Source: Bacteroidia bacterium (lineage in GTDB: Bacteria > Bacteroidota > Bacteroidia > NS11-12g > UBA9320). From it: DNA of 64,000 nt. The DNA is taken from contig CBDCFW010000003.1 in assembly GCA_965216465.1 (NCBI GenBank), forward strand, positions 256,001 through 320,000, given 5' to 3'. Position 1 is the first letter of the stretch, and each line of letters opens with the position of its first letter. A model generated the notes under the pieces. The model was not told the origin of the DNA, made no database searches, and saw only the letters and a program-made list of their open reading frames with translations. The position numbers were made by a program, and so were the translations under genes. Of this stretch, positions 39,586 through 48,974 are shown one piece after another.

Positions 39586-39783
39586 TTATTTAATTTTTGC
39601 GGCTGTGAAAGATTTGAGGTATTCTAGGTTGTCAATAGCTTGGTTTAAGCTTGCTACTGAAAGGTTAAGGTAAATGGAAGAGGTGTATTCACGTCTTAAC
39701 GGTGCTTGTTCGGCATACTCGCGAATCAAGTCTCTTTTCATTTTAAGTGTGATTAGTGTGTCGTTGATTAAGTCGATTGTCAT
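39586..39783 (-). CDS. Small helical protein
   Basis: LKMKRDLIREY...LNQAIDNLEYLK resembles 30195-30359. Confidence 0.6.
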   Translation of the reverse strand: MTIDLINDTLITLKMKRDLIREYAEQAPLRREYTSSIYLNLSVASLNQAIDNLEYLKSFTAAKIK

Positions 39784-39924
39784 GTTTCAATTATTTAAAA
39801 AGTTATACTTCAGGCGTAAGCAATTGCAGACCTGCTTCGCTCCGCCAATATTTTTTTTCGGAAAAACCGAAATATGAAACAAACACAAGCAAAAAGGCTT
39901 TCATAGAACTATAAAAGAGGGGGA

Positions 39925-40301
39925 CAAAAGTTTATTCCGTCAGGATCAAACTTTTGGCAAGAGGGTAGTGGCTAGTGTTTATGCGTTCGACTGAAATCCG
40001 ACTTGCTTAAACTCGTTGAAATAATTCTTTTTCTCTGAAAAAATTATCCAATTATTACTACTGTAAAAATGTCGTTTGTGATACCCAATTAGGGTGTCAC
40101 AAATCTGCCCGAAATAGGGCTTAAAAATCCCAATTTTTCAAAATCGAAAAATCCCACCTTATGATGGTGGGGAATTTGCCTCAAATTTGAGGTTTTTGCT
40201 TTGTCCAAAAAACGGACGAAATCTGAGTCCTTTTTTTGGTGTTTTTGCAGACCAATATCGACCCGATTTTAAGGCTTGATTTGCTACTCAAGTAGCGAAA
40301 T
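39925..40301. other. Hairpin-rich non-coding region, candidate origin of element B
   Basis: TTTGTGAtACCC/GGGTgTCACAAA, CCCACC/GGTGGG, CCTCAAATTTGAGG, GCTACT/AGTAGC upstream of capsid candidate. Confidence 0.5.
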
Positions 40302-40431
40302 AATCTCGGTCAATTTTTCATCATGATAATCAGCAACTTACCGGTTTTTGGGTTTTTTAAATTTTCATAACCCGATTTGCTGCCCTCTCTTTGTATTCAC
40401 AAAACGAAGTAAAAGAGTTAAAATTTAGAAT

Positions 40432-41169
40432 ATGGAAGTATTTAGCGGACAAATCCCTGCAACGGGAAAATTCGGAGAAAAACAACTAGAAACAAGACTT
40501 GGAGAGTTAATTTTCCAAATGTCGGGCGTGGGGTTATGTACACCTGCGAACTTGCGACTTGCAAAAATTCAGTTGACAAAGGTTGATAGAAAGACAGGGC
40601 AAAAGGAGTTTTTGCCAAAAATTGATTTGTATACGCTGTTTGAATTAACAGCACATCACGAGGGGCACTTTCAACAGTCTAATGATGCGGCTTTTGGAAT
40701 GGTAGATTTAACACCTTTTGGCTCTTTAGAGTTAAATAGTAGTGAATACCTGTCTTTAAGTGGAGAGGGTTTTCAGGACACTCTTCAGCTTGATATCTTC
40801 ACTCAAGAAGAACCGCACAAGGCTGAAAAGGCTCTAAAGTATGAAACAAATCATGTACCTGTTGGTACTGCTCCAAAAGATGTAAACTTGGGTTCAGTTG
40901 TGGCAATAGCTATGCCAACTGGCGAGGTTGATTATGTAGAAATTACCTATGCTAACGGTAAAACGATTAGAAAGGGTCAAGCAGAATTAACAGCAGAGCA
41001 GCTGAAACGAGACAATGTGATTGCGACAAGCAGCCTTACAGGCGGCACAATTACTATGAACTATATTGACTACTTCTACATAGAAGTAAGTGACGCTGTA
41101 AGTATGCGTTACAAGCCCGAGGGTTCAAACGCTCATGAAATTTACCTTGTTCGTGAGGTAACGGCATAA
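40432..41169 (+). CDS. Putative major capsid protein (beta-rich, jelly-roll candidate)
   Basis: 245 aa; similar to 30586-31317; followed by GC-rich hairpin GCGGGCAG/CTGCCCGC. Confidence 0.55.
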   Translation: MEVFSGQIPATGKFGEKQLETRLGELIFQMSGVGLCTPANLRLAKIQLTKVDRKTGQKEFLPKIDLYTLFELTAHHEGHFQQSNDAAFGMVDLTPFGSLELNSSEYLSLSGEGFQDTLQLDIFTQEEPHKAEKALKYETNHVPVGTAPKDVNLGSVVAIAMPTGEVDYVEITYANGKTIRKGQAELTAEQLKRDNVIATSSLTGGTITMNYIDYFYIEVSDAVSMRYKPEGSNAHEIYLVREVTA

Positions 41170-41258
41170 GAAATTCATTTATTTATTGGTTTAGGGTTCA
41201 GGAAGCGGGCAGTATACGGAGATAGTTAGCTGCCCGCAATTCCGAAAATAAAAAGCAG

Positions 41259-41666
41259 ATGGTGAGAGAAAAAAAGAGAAAAGGACTGTTTAACGGTCGA
41301 ATAAAAAAAGCATTGGGAAGCCAATTCAAAAGAAAGGTTGGCGGTACTAAGCTAGGTAATGCGGTAAGGGGTTTTGTACGAAACAAAACAGGCGGTTTGC
41401 TTGGCAACGGCTTATTGATGCTAAAAGAGAATGAAACAAAAGCAGAGACAGATGCAAAAGCAAGAGAAGTTCTTACCGATACTGCGGCGGCTGCGACTGA
41501 GAAATTTGAGAGTTCTCAGAGAAAAGCTCTTGAAGATGTTGAAAGAAAGGCAACGATGGAAAGACTCAAAAAAATAGGCTTTACGGTTGTACTTCCTTTA
41601 TTAGTCGTGGCGGGTGTAGTGGTTTACATATTCAAAAACAAAAAAAAGTCTAAAAGACGTAGATAA
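41259..41666 (+). CDS. Basic protein with C-terminal TM and poly-basic tail
   Basis: Counterpart of 31399-31803. Confidence 0.75.
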   Translation: MVREKKRKGLFNGRIKKALGSQFKRKVGGTKLGNAVRGFVRNKTGGLLGNGLLMLKENETKAETDAKAREVLTDTAAAATEKFESSQRKALEDVERKATMERLKKIGFTVVLPLLVVAGVVVYIFKNKKKSKRRR

Positions 41667-41668
41667 TT

Positions 41669-42043
41669 ATGGCAGGAAATAGCAAGAAATCAAATAACAA
41701 GCACAGCAAAAAAAGCGGGTGCAAAGTCATAACGCCGTACGATGGTGGAGATGGAAGTCTTTTCATTAACGGTTGGAAAGTTGAGAAAGGTGTACTATGG
41801 AGTATCACTGTAAATCAAGCAAAGAAAGATGGCAAGTATATGCCTGTTTCAGAAAGTAATTCGGGTAAAATGTGGATGAATGTGATGGTTGTTGCAAAAG
41901 CACCGTTACAAGAGAACAGATATGTTTACGGCTTGTGTAACTTAGAAAACAATAAGGTGTATATCAAAGAGTGGAATTGGATAATGAATCCAAAAGGTGG
42001 TAAAGGTGGTTACTGCGGAAAACACATTTCTAACGATTATTAA
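41669..42043 (+). CDS. Beta-rich basic protein (possible ssDNA-binding)
   Basis: Operon-coupled; aromatic/basic. Confidence 0.6.
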   Translation: MAGNSKKSNNKHSKKSGCKVITPYDGGDGSLFINGWKVEKGVLWSITVNQAKKDGKYMPVSESNSGKMWMNVMVVAKAPLQENRYVYGLCNLENNKVYIKEWNWIMNPKGGKGGYCGKHISNDY

Positions 42044-42051
42044 AAACGGCT

Positions 42052-42276
42052 ATGAAATGGGTTAAATCAGTATCAGACTTTTTCGATAAGGTAGTCAAGT
42101 ATGGAAAAAAGCTAAATACGATTGTAAAGGTTTTTGACTGGTTGAATGGCGTTATTCAGTACGCTAAAACTACGTGGGATGAAAAGTTTAATGAATCTAT
42201 CCGAGAAGTGATTGAGGATATAAAAGAAGATATCGCAGAAGAGGTAACAGAAAAAACAGAAACAGCAAATGGTTAA
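42052..42276 (+). CDS. Amphipathic helical protein with acidic tail
   Basis: Similar to 32066-32257. Confidence 0.7.
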   Translation: MKWVKSVSDFFDKVVKYGKKLNTIVKVFDWLNGVIQYAKTTWDEKFNESIREVIEDIKEDIAEEVTEKTETANG

Positions 42277-42457
42277 TAGAAGAAATACAAGAGGGAAATC
42301 AAACGGTAAAAAGTGGGTTTTATGGGTAATAGTTGGAGTTGTCCTCATTGTAGCACCGTTTTTCATCTTCAAGAAGTTGAGAACGAAAGCAAAAGAGGCA
42401 ATCAAGAAAGTAGCAGCGAAGTTTTCAAAAAAAAAGGCAACAGAAGCAGTAGCCTAA
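42269..42457 (+). CDS. Single-TM basic peptide overlapping lysin gene
   Basis: WVLWVIVGVVLIVAPFFIF TM; ends after A9 run. Confidence 0.7.
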   Translation: MVNRRNTRGKSNGKKWVLWVIVGVVLIVAPFFIFKKLRTKAKEAIKKVAAKFSKKKATEAVA

Positions 42458-42837
42458 CAAAGAATTTCACGCTTAAAGAATTTGCTTGCAAATGTGGTGC
42501 GGCTGTTCCTGACAAGTATTACAACAACGTCAAAACACTAGCAGAAAATTTACAAGTCCTTAGAGACCATTTTAACGGTGCTAGACGAATAAAAGTAAAC
42601 TCAGGATATAGAACACCTGACTATAACAAAAGGGTAGGGGGTTCTCCAAAATCACAACATTTACTTGCAAAAGCTGCGGATATCGAAATTGACGGTTACA
42701 CGACAAAAGAAGTAGCAGAGATTATTGAAATGCTAATACAAGAGGGCAAAATGAAGCAGGGCGGTATTGGTATTTATAACACTTTTGTTCACTACGATAT
42801 CAGAGGTAAGCGGGCTAGATGGGATTTGAGAAAATGA
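42313..42837 (+). CDS. Endolysin, peptidase M15 family
   Basis: NFTLKEFACKCG, SGYR, SQHLLAKAADI, FVHYDIRG. Confidence 0.9.
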   Translation: MGFMGNSWSCPHCSTVFHLQEVENESKRGNQESSSEVFKKKGNRSSSLTKNFTLKEFACKCGAAVPDKYYNNVKTLAENLQVLRDHFNGARRIKVNSGYRTPDYNKRVGGSPKSQHLLAKAADIEIDGYTTKEVAEIIEMLIQEGKMKQGGIGIYNTFVHYDIRGKRARWDLRK

Positions 42838-43031
42838 GTTATACAAGAGATATGATAGTCGGAAGTGTTGGAGCGGGTTCCATTGAATTGGTAGACCAAA
42901 TCGCGGCACATCCGACTACTTTTAGCATGATACTCCAAGCAATTATTGCTCTTGGTACTATTGCTAAAATAGGTAACAATTGGTTGAAAGAACGTAAAAA
43001 GAAAAAAGAAGATGTGCGGCGAAGTAAGTAA
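42834..43031 (+). CDS. Small membrane protein (holin-like)
   Basis: ATGA overlap with lysin stop; resembles 33294-33539. Confidence 0.6.
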   Translation: MSYTRDMIVGSVGAGSIELVDQIAAHPTTFSMILQAIIALGTIAKIGNNWLKERKKKKEDVRRSK

Positions 43032-43380
43032 CGGTAATTTTGAGATATACGACTCAATTGCTAACGTGTTGGAAATTCCATTTAATCACATTATCTGTGC
43101 AGGATTGTCTAACGGTCAACAAATTGGTGGTTTGCAAAACATCGATTCTGACCCTGAAGTAATATCAAGCGTTGGCGGTCTAAATGAACATGAGATATTC
43201 ATTAATAAAATGGTGGGTTATCCTCAAAGTGGAGATACACCCGACTTCTCAGGTTTATTAAGCAAAATGCCATTGCACGCTTATCAGCCAAAAGGCACTA
43301 GAGACGTTACAAATATTAACTTAATGAATTCGGCTTGGAATGGTAAATTCTTGGTATGGGTTTGTAAAAATGATAACTAA
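43012..43380 (+). CDS. Putative minor virion protein (penton/spike candidate)
   Basis: Similar to 33574-33930. Confidence 0.6.
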   Translation: MCGEVSNGNFEIYDSIANVLEIPFNHIICAGLSNGQQIGGLQNIDSDPEVISSVGGLNEHEIFINKMVGYPQSGDTPDFSGLLSKMPLHAYQPKGTRDVTNINLMNSAWNGKFLVWVCKNDN

Positions 43381-43389
43381 AAAATTACT

Positions 43390-43815
43390 ATGGTTGGAAA
43401 AATAAAACAAGGTGTACAGATGGTAAGTAAGGTTAATCCAATGTATTTAATTGGCGGTTTATTACTATTTGTGTTTGTCTTCTTAGGCAAAAGAATAAGA
43501 GAAAGATTCAATACAGCAAGAACCGTTAACGAGTGGTTTGGGACAAAGAATTTGAAAGAGGGTAGCGACGGCGAAAATATCTCGCTAAGTGCTATTGCAT
43601 ACGAAATTTATGATGCGTTTTACAATAACGATTATTTAGGATTGACAGAGGATGAAGCTGCGGCAATAGCAGCCGTTCAAAAGGTGCATCCAAGAGATAT
43701 GAAGCAGCTCGCAAAGGAGTATGCTAAAATAGGGGGTCGAAATAAAGTGTTAATGCACGATTTGAATAAATACTTGTCTTCTGCTCAAAAATCAGCCATT
43801 AAAGATTGGTTATAA
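43390..43815 (+). CDS. TM protein with annexin-like repeat
   Basis: TM, then IAYEIYDAF...LGLTEDEAAAIAAV...QLAKEY...LMHDLNKYLS. Confidence 0.5.
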   Translation: MVGKIKQGVQMVSKVNPMYLIGGLLLFVFVFLGKRIRERFNTARTVNEWFGTKNLKEGSDGENISLSAIAYEIYDAFYNNDYLGLTEDEAAAIAAVQKVHPRDMKQLAKEYAKIGGRNKVLMHDLNKYLSSAQKSAIKDWL

Positions 43816-44172
43816 TGTTCTTTGACGTTGTGAGTTTGGCTCTTGATTTAACACTTGGCGAGTTAGTGCATCAGGTTCTAACAGGTTGAGCAACAACTTA
43901 ACAAGTCGTTGTTTAAATTGGTGTTCAAAATTGGAAGTTTCAGAAAGTTGTCTTTGCAATTCTTCGATATGAGACTCCAATTTATCAACATCCTTATAGT
44001 GGTTCATGTTTTTATTTTGAACTTCAATATAGCGGTCAATTAGGTGTCTAAATGCGAGTGTTGTATCATAGCCGTGCAAGTAGCGAAATTGCTCAACTAC
44101 ACGATTTTGATGAGGTTCAAGTCCATGTATTTCAAATTTTTTAGATAGTGTGTATTTCCTTTTCTTAGTCAT
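43810..44172 (-). CDS. Putative DNA-binding coiled-coil protein
   Basis: Basic N-terminus, helix TTLAFRHLIDRY, coiled coil. Confidence 0.6.
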   Translation of the reverse strand: MTKKRKYTLSKKFEIHGLEPHQNRVVEQFRYLHGYDTTLAFRHLIDRYIEVQNKNMNHYKDVDKLESHIEELQRQLSETSNFEHQFKQRLVKLLLNLLEPDALTRQVLNQEPNSQRQRTL

Positions 44173-44252
44173 TTATTGTGGATAAGTAGTCACGGCAAAG
44201 AAATGAAAAACTTATAAGATTTGAAGTAGCAAAACAATTAAAATTTAAGTGA

Positions 44253-44444
44253 ATGACTATATCGAAAAATAATGTCTCGCTGTGCATTTCATATCAAGCA
44301 GCTAAGGAATTAAGAAGAGATTTACAATTTGCCAAATCAAGGCGAAAGTTTCCAAGTCGTTATGCTGATAGCAATTTGGAGAAAGTTAATAAGAGTATTA
44401 ACCGAGCTGAAAATAAAAAGGCTGCTCTAAAGAGAACAGCCTAA
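44253..44444 (+). CDS. Small basic protein next to attR of element B
   Basis: 63 aa, basic; slot equivalent to 36872-37021. Confidence 0.55.
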   Translation: MTISKNNVSLCISYQAAKELRRDLQFAKSRRKFPSRYADSNLEKVNKSINRAENKKAALKRTA

Positions 44445-44584
44445 ATATTTTATTGGAGCATTAAGCAAATGTTAGCAAAACAATTTAATAGCTCCAAAAG
44501 ACAAAGTTAGCGTTTAACCGCTTAATTGTTTAACAAATGTATTTCGGTGTATCATATAAGCAAAATGTTGATTACTAACAAATG

Positions 44585-44612
44585 TTAGCCTATAATTTAT
44601 ATTATGTTAACC
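44585..44612 (+). other. dif: Chromosomal dif site (attR of element B)
   Basis: TTAGCCTATAA-TTTATA-TTATGTTAACC versus E. coli GGTGCGCATAA-TGTATA-TTATGTTAAAT. Confidence 0.85.
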
Positions 44613-44806
44613 ATTGCAGAACAAGGCATACCAATGGATCATATTATGCACCCCTATCATTGTTCTCTATAGGTATCAATGATTAACCTCCATTAATTAA
44701 GGATTGAGATGTTCTCAACTCCGTTAGATGTAGTTTGAGTTGGAGAGTGAGTTTTGAGTAAATGATTCAGAATCCTAACCAATATCAAATTCGCGTATAA
44801 TAGAAA

Positions 44807-44937
44807 AGGAGGCTCTTTGAAAAACCTCCCCTTCGATTAGTTATGGTTAATAACTGTCTTTATGTTAACCAAAATGATATGGACAGGAGGCTCTTTGAAA
44901 CACCCCCCATCCAATTTTGGTTAATAATTATCTTGAT
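44807..44937 (-). repeat. Tandem 78-bp duplicated hairpin unit downstream of TPR gene
   Basis: AGGAGGCTCTTTGAAA at 44807 and 44885, each followed by a C-run and TGGTTAATAA. Confidence 0.7.
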
Positions 44938-44940
44938 GTC

Positions 44941-46239
44941 TTATTCATTGTCGCTAATATATGCTTTTATTTCATTGTAGTCGTCCATGCGGCCTAATTG
45001 TGCATATATTTTCTTCATTGTTTTGGCTAAATCTAATCTTTCTTCATCGCCCATATCGTTGTTGTTATTGAAAACATTCTCGAATTGAACAATTGCTTCA
45101 CCATACATGGTGTTGATTTTACCTTCGTAAACCGCAATCTCACTTGGTTTGTAGATGTTCTTTTCGTTCATCTCATCTACCAAATCACCAATTTTAGTTA
45201 GGTACATAACTCCTTTATTATAAGCAGCATCGTAGTACTCAGGATCTATTTCTAAAATCTTGTCGTAGTCTGCTCCTGCTTTTTCGAGGTCACCCAATCC
45301 TTCATAGCTAATCGCTCGTGCGAAGTAGTAAATGGTGTTTCCTGGATCGTCTTCGATTGCGATATTTAACTTGTTAATCAACTCTTCACTTCTACCTTGC
45401 TTCAGATAAATATCAAGCTCCTGATTGATTAATGTTTTATCGGTTTCATTTAACTCTTTACCGTTAGAAATAACCTCTAAAGCCTTAGCTGTATCTCCTT
45501 CTTGTAAGTGAATTAATGCCAAGTTACTAAATAGCGCAGGATCTGAAGAACCTTTCTCAATCAGTGAGTTTAACGATTTTTTAGCACCAGCCTTATCTCC
45601 CATTTCAATCGCAGTGAAAGCCATCATTTGTTCAATAAGTTCAGCGGTTAAGTTGTTTCGCTTCAATAATCCCTCAGTATCATATTCCATTAAAGGAAGT
45701 GTTTTCGCGAAATAATCATTCGCCACTTTAAAGTCCCTCGCTTGGTAAGCTGTAAACGCCTTATTGTATAAACCAATTGCAACGTTCAATAAATGACCTT
45801 TTGCTTCTTCAGTATATTTATTCTTTGCATCTGTTTTAATTGCATTCTGAAATGATTCTAGAGCAATGTCTATCGCATTTGGGGTTGCTTGAGTTAACTC
45901 GCTGTTAACACCCGCAATCTTTAAATACAACAATCCTTTGTAGAACCACATCTTCGGAGAATTTGAAGTTTTTGGATGCGTAGATGCCTCAGTAATAAGC
46001 TCTAGACACTTCTGCAAATCCTTGTCGGTATCATCAACGGTGTGATCAACCAAAATCATTTTGGCCGTCTCCACATTGAAGTTTTGAGCATAACTCATTA
46101 CTCCTACCAATAGCATTCCTGCTAACACTGCAACTTTCTTCATACTAAATTTCATTTTAATCATTGTTTTCTGTTTCATTATTATCATCAGCAGATTCCG
46201 TGCCATTATTTGCGTCCGCACCCTCTCCTGCTGTTTCAT
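44941..46239 (-). CDS. Secreted TPR protein downstream of gyrA
   Basis: Signal peptide [12 protein letters not shown] (real start ~46143-46155), multiple TPRs. Confidence 0.85.
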   Translation of the reverse strand: MKQQERVRTQIMARNLLMIIMKQKTMIKMKFSMKKVAVLAGMLLVGVMSYAQNFNVETAKMILVDHTVDDTDKDLQKCLELITEASTHPKTSNSPKMWFYKGLLYLKIAGVNSELTQATPNAIDIALESFQNAIKTDAKNKYTEEAKGHLLNVAIGLYNKAFTAYQARDFKVANDYFAKTLPLMEYDTEGLLKRNNLTAELIEQMMAFTAIEMGDKAGAKKSLNSLIEKGSSDPALFSNLALIHLQEGDTAKALEVISNGKELNETDKTLINQELDIYLKQGRSEELINKLNIAIEDDPGNTIYYFARAISYEGLGDLEKAGADYDKILEIDPEYYDAAYNKGVMYLTKIGDLVDEMNEKNIYKPSEIAVYEGKINTMYGEAIVQFENVFNNNNDMGDEERLDLAKTMKKIYAQLGRMDDYNEIKAYISDNE

Positions 46240-48736
46240 CAGTTACAACATTTCCTTCAGCATCAAGAATTTCTTCATCCTCTTCTTCTACTTTAGGAAC
46301 TTTTGCTACTGATGCTATGTCGTCTTTGTCACGAACTTTAATCAATCGAACTCCTTGTGTTGCTCTTCCCATAACTCGAACATCTTCCATCTTCATTCTT
46401 ATGGTGATTCCAAGCTTGGTGATAATCATCAAGTCGTTTTCATCTGTTACATCTTTTATAGAGATTAAAGCACCTGTTTTGTCGGTGATACTCAAGGTTT
46501 TAACACCTTTTCCTCCCCTACCCGTAATTCGGTAATCGTCGATGTCTGTACGTTTGCCATATCCTTTTTCAGACACCACCATAATGCTTGTATCTTCAGC
46601 ACTTTCAGGCACGCAAACCATTCCGATTACTTCATCATTTTCATCTTCAAGCCTCACTCCTCTTACTCCGGCTGCTGTTCTTCCCATTGGTCGAACTGTG
46701 TTCTCGTTAAAACGAATTGCTTTACCCGATTTCTTAGCCATTAAGATCTCTGCCGTACCGTCAGTCAGTTTAGCTTCTAACAAGGTGTCACCATCTTTAA
46801 CGGTGATTGCATTAATACCATTAGTTCTTGGTCGAGAGTATGCCTCCAAAGAAGTCTTCTTAATTGTACCCTTTTTAGTACACATTACGATGTAATTGCT
46901 GTTCACATACTCTTCGTCTTTCAAGTTACCAGTTGCCACAAACGCACGTACCGAGTCATCTGAAGGTATGTTAATCAAGTTTTGGATTGCTCTTCCTTTA
47001 GATACTTTCCCGCCTTCTGGTATTTCGTATACCTTCATCCAGAAACATCTACCTTGGTCAGTAAAGAACAACATGTAGTTGTGCGTCATGGTCACAAACA
47101 AGTGCTCAACAAAGTCTTCGTCTCTGTGCTTCACTCCTCTGTTACCGACTCCTCCTCTACTTTGTGTTTTGTATTCAGACAGCGGAGTACGTTTCACGTA
47201 ACCCATGTGCGAAATGGTCACTACCATTTCTTCATTGGCAATTAAATCTTCAATATTGATTTCGCCAGCGTCGAGCTCAATTTGAGTTCTTCTTTCGTCG
47301 CCGTACTTATCTCTAATTTCTAACAACTCATCTTTAATGATGGTCATTCTTCTATTCTTGTCAGCTAAGATGTCTTTCAAATCAGCAATGGTTTCCATTA
47401 ATTGTCTATGCTCTTCTCTAACCTTGTCTCTTTCAAGTCCAGTTAACTTTTGAAGTCGCATATCCAAAATGGCTTTAGCTTGAATCTCAGACAGGCTAAA
47501 CGTGCTTATTAAGCCATTTCTAGCTTCTTCTACAGTCTGACTGCCTCTAATCAGCTTAATTACCTCATCAAGGTTGTCAATAGCAATTAACAAGCCTTCT
47601 AAGATGTGTGCTCGTTTCTCAGCTTCTTTCAGTAAGTACTCTGTTCTGCGAACAACAACTTCGTGACGGTGATCTACATAGTGACTGATCATCGACTTAA
47701 GATTCAACATCTCTGGTCTACCATTCACCAAAGCAATGTTATTTACACTGAAACTGGTTTGTAGCGGTGTGTACTTGTAAAGCTTATTCAGAACGATGTT
47801 TGGAATTGCATCACGTTTTAAATCGAAAACAATTCTTAATCCCTGGCGACCACTCTCATCCCTAACTTCAGAAATACCTTCAATCACCTTGTCGTTAACC
47901 AAGTCAACGGCTTTAACGATGATTTGTGAAGGACTTACTTGGTAAGGAACTTCAGTAATGATTATCTGCTCTCTTCCCGTTTTGGTCACATCGAATTCGG
48001 CTTTACCCCGCATTACGATTCGACCTCTACCCGTTTCAAAAGCTTGCTTCACTCCTTCTGTACCATAGATGATACCTCCGGTTGGAAAATCAGGAGCCTT
48101 CACATAATTGATTAACTCAGACACTTCAATCTCTGGATTATCGATGTAGGCAACTGTACCATCAATTACTTCTGTAAGGTTGTGTGGAGCCATGTTTGTA
48201 GCCATACCTACCGCAATACCCGCTGCACCGTTTACCAATAAACTTGGAATTCGAGCAGGGAGTACAGTCGGCTCAGACAAACTATCATCAAAGTTTGGTC
48301 TGAAGTCTACAGTATCTTTATCAATGTCGGCTAGCATTTCTTCCGCTAGCTTACGCATTCTTGCCTCTGTATAACGCATTGCTGCAGGAGGATCGCCATC
48401 GATAGAACCAAAGTTACCTTGGCCATCTACCATGGGATATCGCAGACTCCAATCTTGAGCCATACGTACCATAGTATCGTAGACCGATGTGTCACCGTGA
48501 GGGTGATACTTACCAAGCACCTCTCCCACGATTCTTGCAGATTTTTTATACGGTCTGTTGCTGGCTAAACCCAGTTCGGTCATACCATACAACACCCTTC
48601 TATGTACAGGTTTTAAACCATCTCTTACATCAGGTAATGCTCTCGAAACAATTACTGACATCGAATAATCGATGTAGGCTGTTTTCATTTCATCCTCGAT
48701 GTTAATAGGAATTATTTTTTCGTTTTCCGAATTCAT
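46157..48736 (-). CDS. gyrA: DNA gyrase subunit A
   Basis: [29 protein letters not shown], GyrA-box QSRGGVG. Confidence 0.98.
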   Translation of the reverse strand: MNSENEKIIPINIEDEMKTAYIDYSMSVIVSRALPDVRDGLKPVHRRVLYGMTELGLASNRPYKKSARIVGEVLGKYHPHGDTSVYDTMVRMAQDWSLRYPMVDGQGNFGSIDGDPPAAMRYTEARMRKLAEEMLADIDKDTVDFRPNFDDSLSEPTVLPARIPSLLVNGAAGIAVGMATNMAPHNLTEVIDGTVAYIDNPEIEVSELINYVKAPDFPTGGIIYGTEGVKQAFETGRGRIVMRGKAEFDVTKTGREQIIITEVPYQVSPSQIIVKAVDLVNDKVIEGISEVRDESGRQGLRIVFDLKRDAIPNIVLNKLYKYTPLQTSFSVNNIALVNGRPEMLNLKSMISHYVDHRHEVVVRRTEYLLKEAEKRAHILEGLLIAIDNLDEVIKLIRGSQTVEEARNGLISTFSLSEIQAKAILDMRLQKLTGLERDKVREEHRQLMETIADLKDILADKNRRMTIIKDELLEIRDKYGDERRTQIELDAGEINIEDLIANEEMVVTISHMGYVKRTPLSEYKTQSRGGVGNRGVKHRDEDFVEHLFVTMTHNYMLFFTDQGRCFWMKVYEIPEGGKVSKGRAIQNLINIPSDDSVRAFVATGNLKDEEYVNSNYIVMCTKKGTIKKTSLEAYSRPRTNGINAITVKDGDTLLEAKLTDGTAEILMAKKSGKAIRFNENTVRPMGRTAAGVRGVRLEDENDEVIGMVCVPESAEDTSIMVVSEKGYGKRTDIDDYRITGRGGKGVKTLSITDKTGALISIKDVTDENDLMIITKLGITIRMKMEDVRVMGRATQGVRLIKVRDKDDIASVAKVPKVEEEDEEILDAEGNVVTDETAGEGADANNGTESADDNNETENND

Positions 48737-48974
48737 TCAATAAATGATTAATTAAGGGCTGCAATCTATACGCAAAACCTATACATTAACTACATTACAA
48801 CGGCAAAATACCCACAATTAACCTACAATTTTGGGGATAAATTGACCTGTGTCAGTTCTGAATTCACAAGTTGTTGGTTTTAACAGACTAACGCAAACCA
48901 AAACCACATAAAAGAAGCTCGTTTGCACTTTGATAATTAAGCACATACGAGCTTTAAAGTTTTATGTTCAAGAG

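Larger units (their letters stand above)
37215..44612 (+). mobile_element. Element B: dif-integrated rolling-circle (putative ssDNA) prophage, 7370-bp unit
   Basis: Bounded by dif-like sites; syntenic with element A; M15 lysin; no integrase. Confidence 0.85.

Noticed and set aside
39292-39877. Plus-strand ORFs 39292, 39452 and 39674
   Set aside because: They overlap the minus-strand cluster, two genes of which have homologs in element A.
41640-41653. A8G slippery heptamer at the end of 41259-41666
   Set aside because: The -1 frame hits TAA at 41651 before reaching the next gene, so no fusion is possible; explained by the poly-Lys tail.
28923-44612. Inovirus or Microviridae assignment
   Set aside because: No Walker-A Zot/pI ATPase, no ~430-600-aa F-type capsid, no HUH motif evident in Rep; endolysins are present.
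46164-48705. Plus-strand ORFs antisense to gyrA, and similar shadow ORFs over serC, etfA, trkA and pepD
   Set aside because: They lie opposite well-supported genes and have no recognisable motifs.
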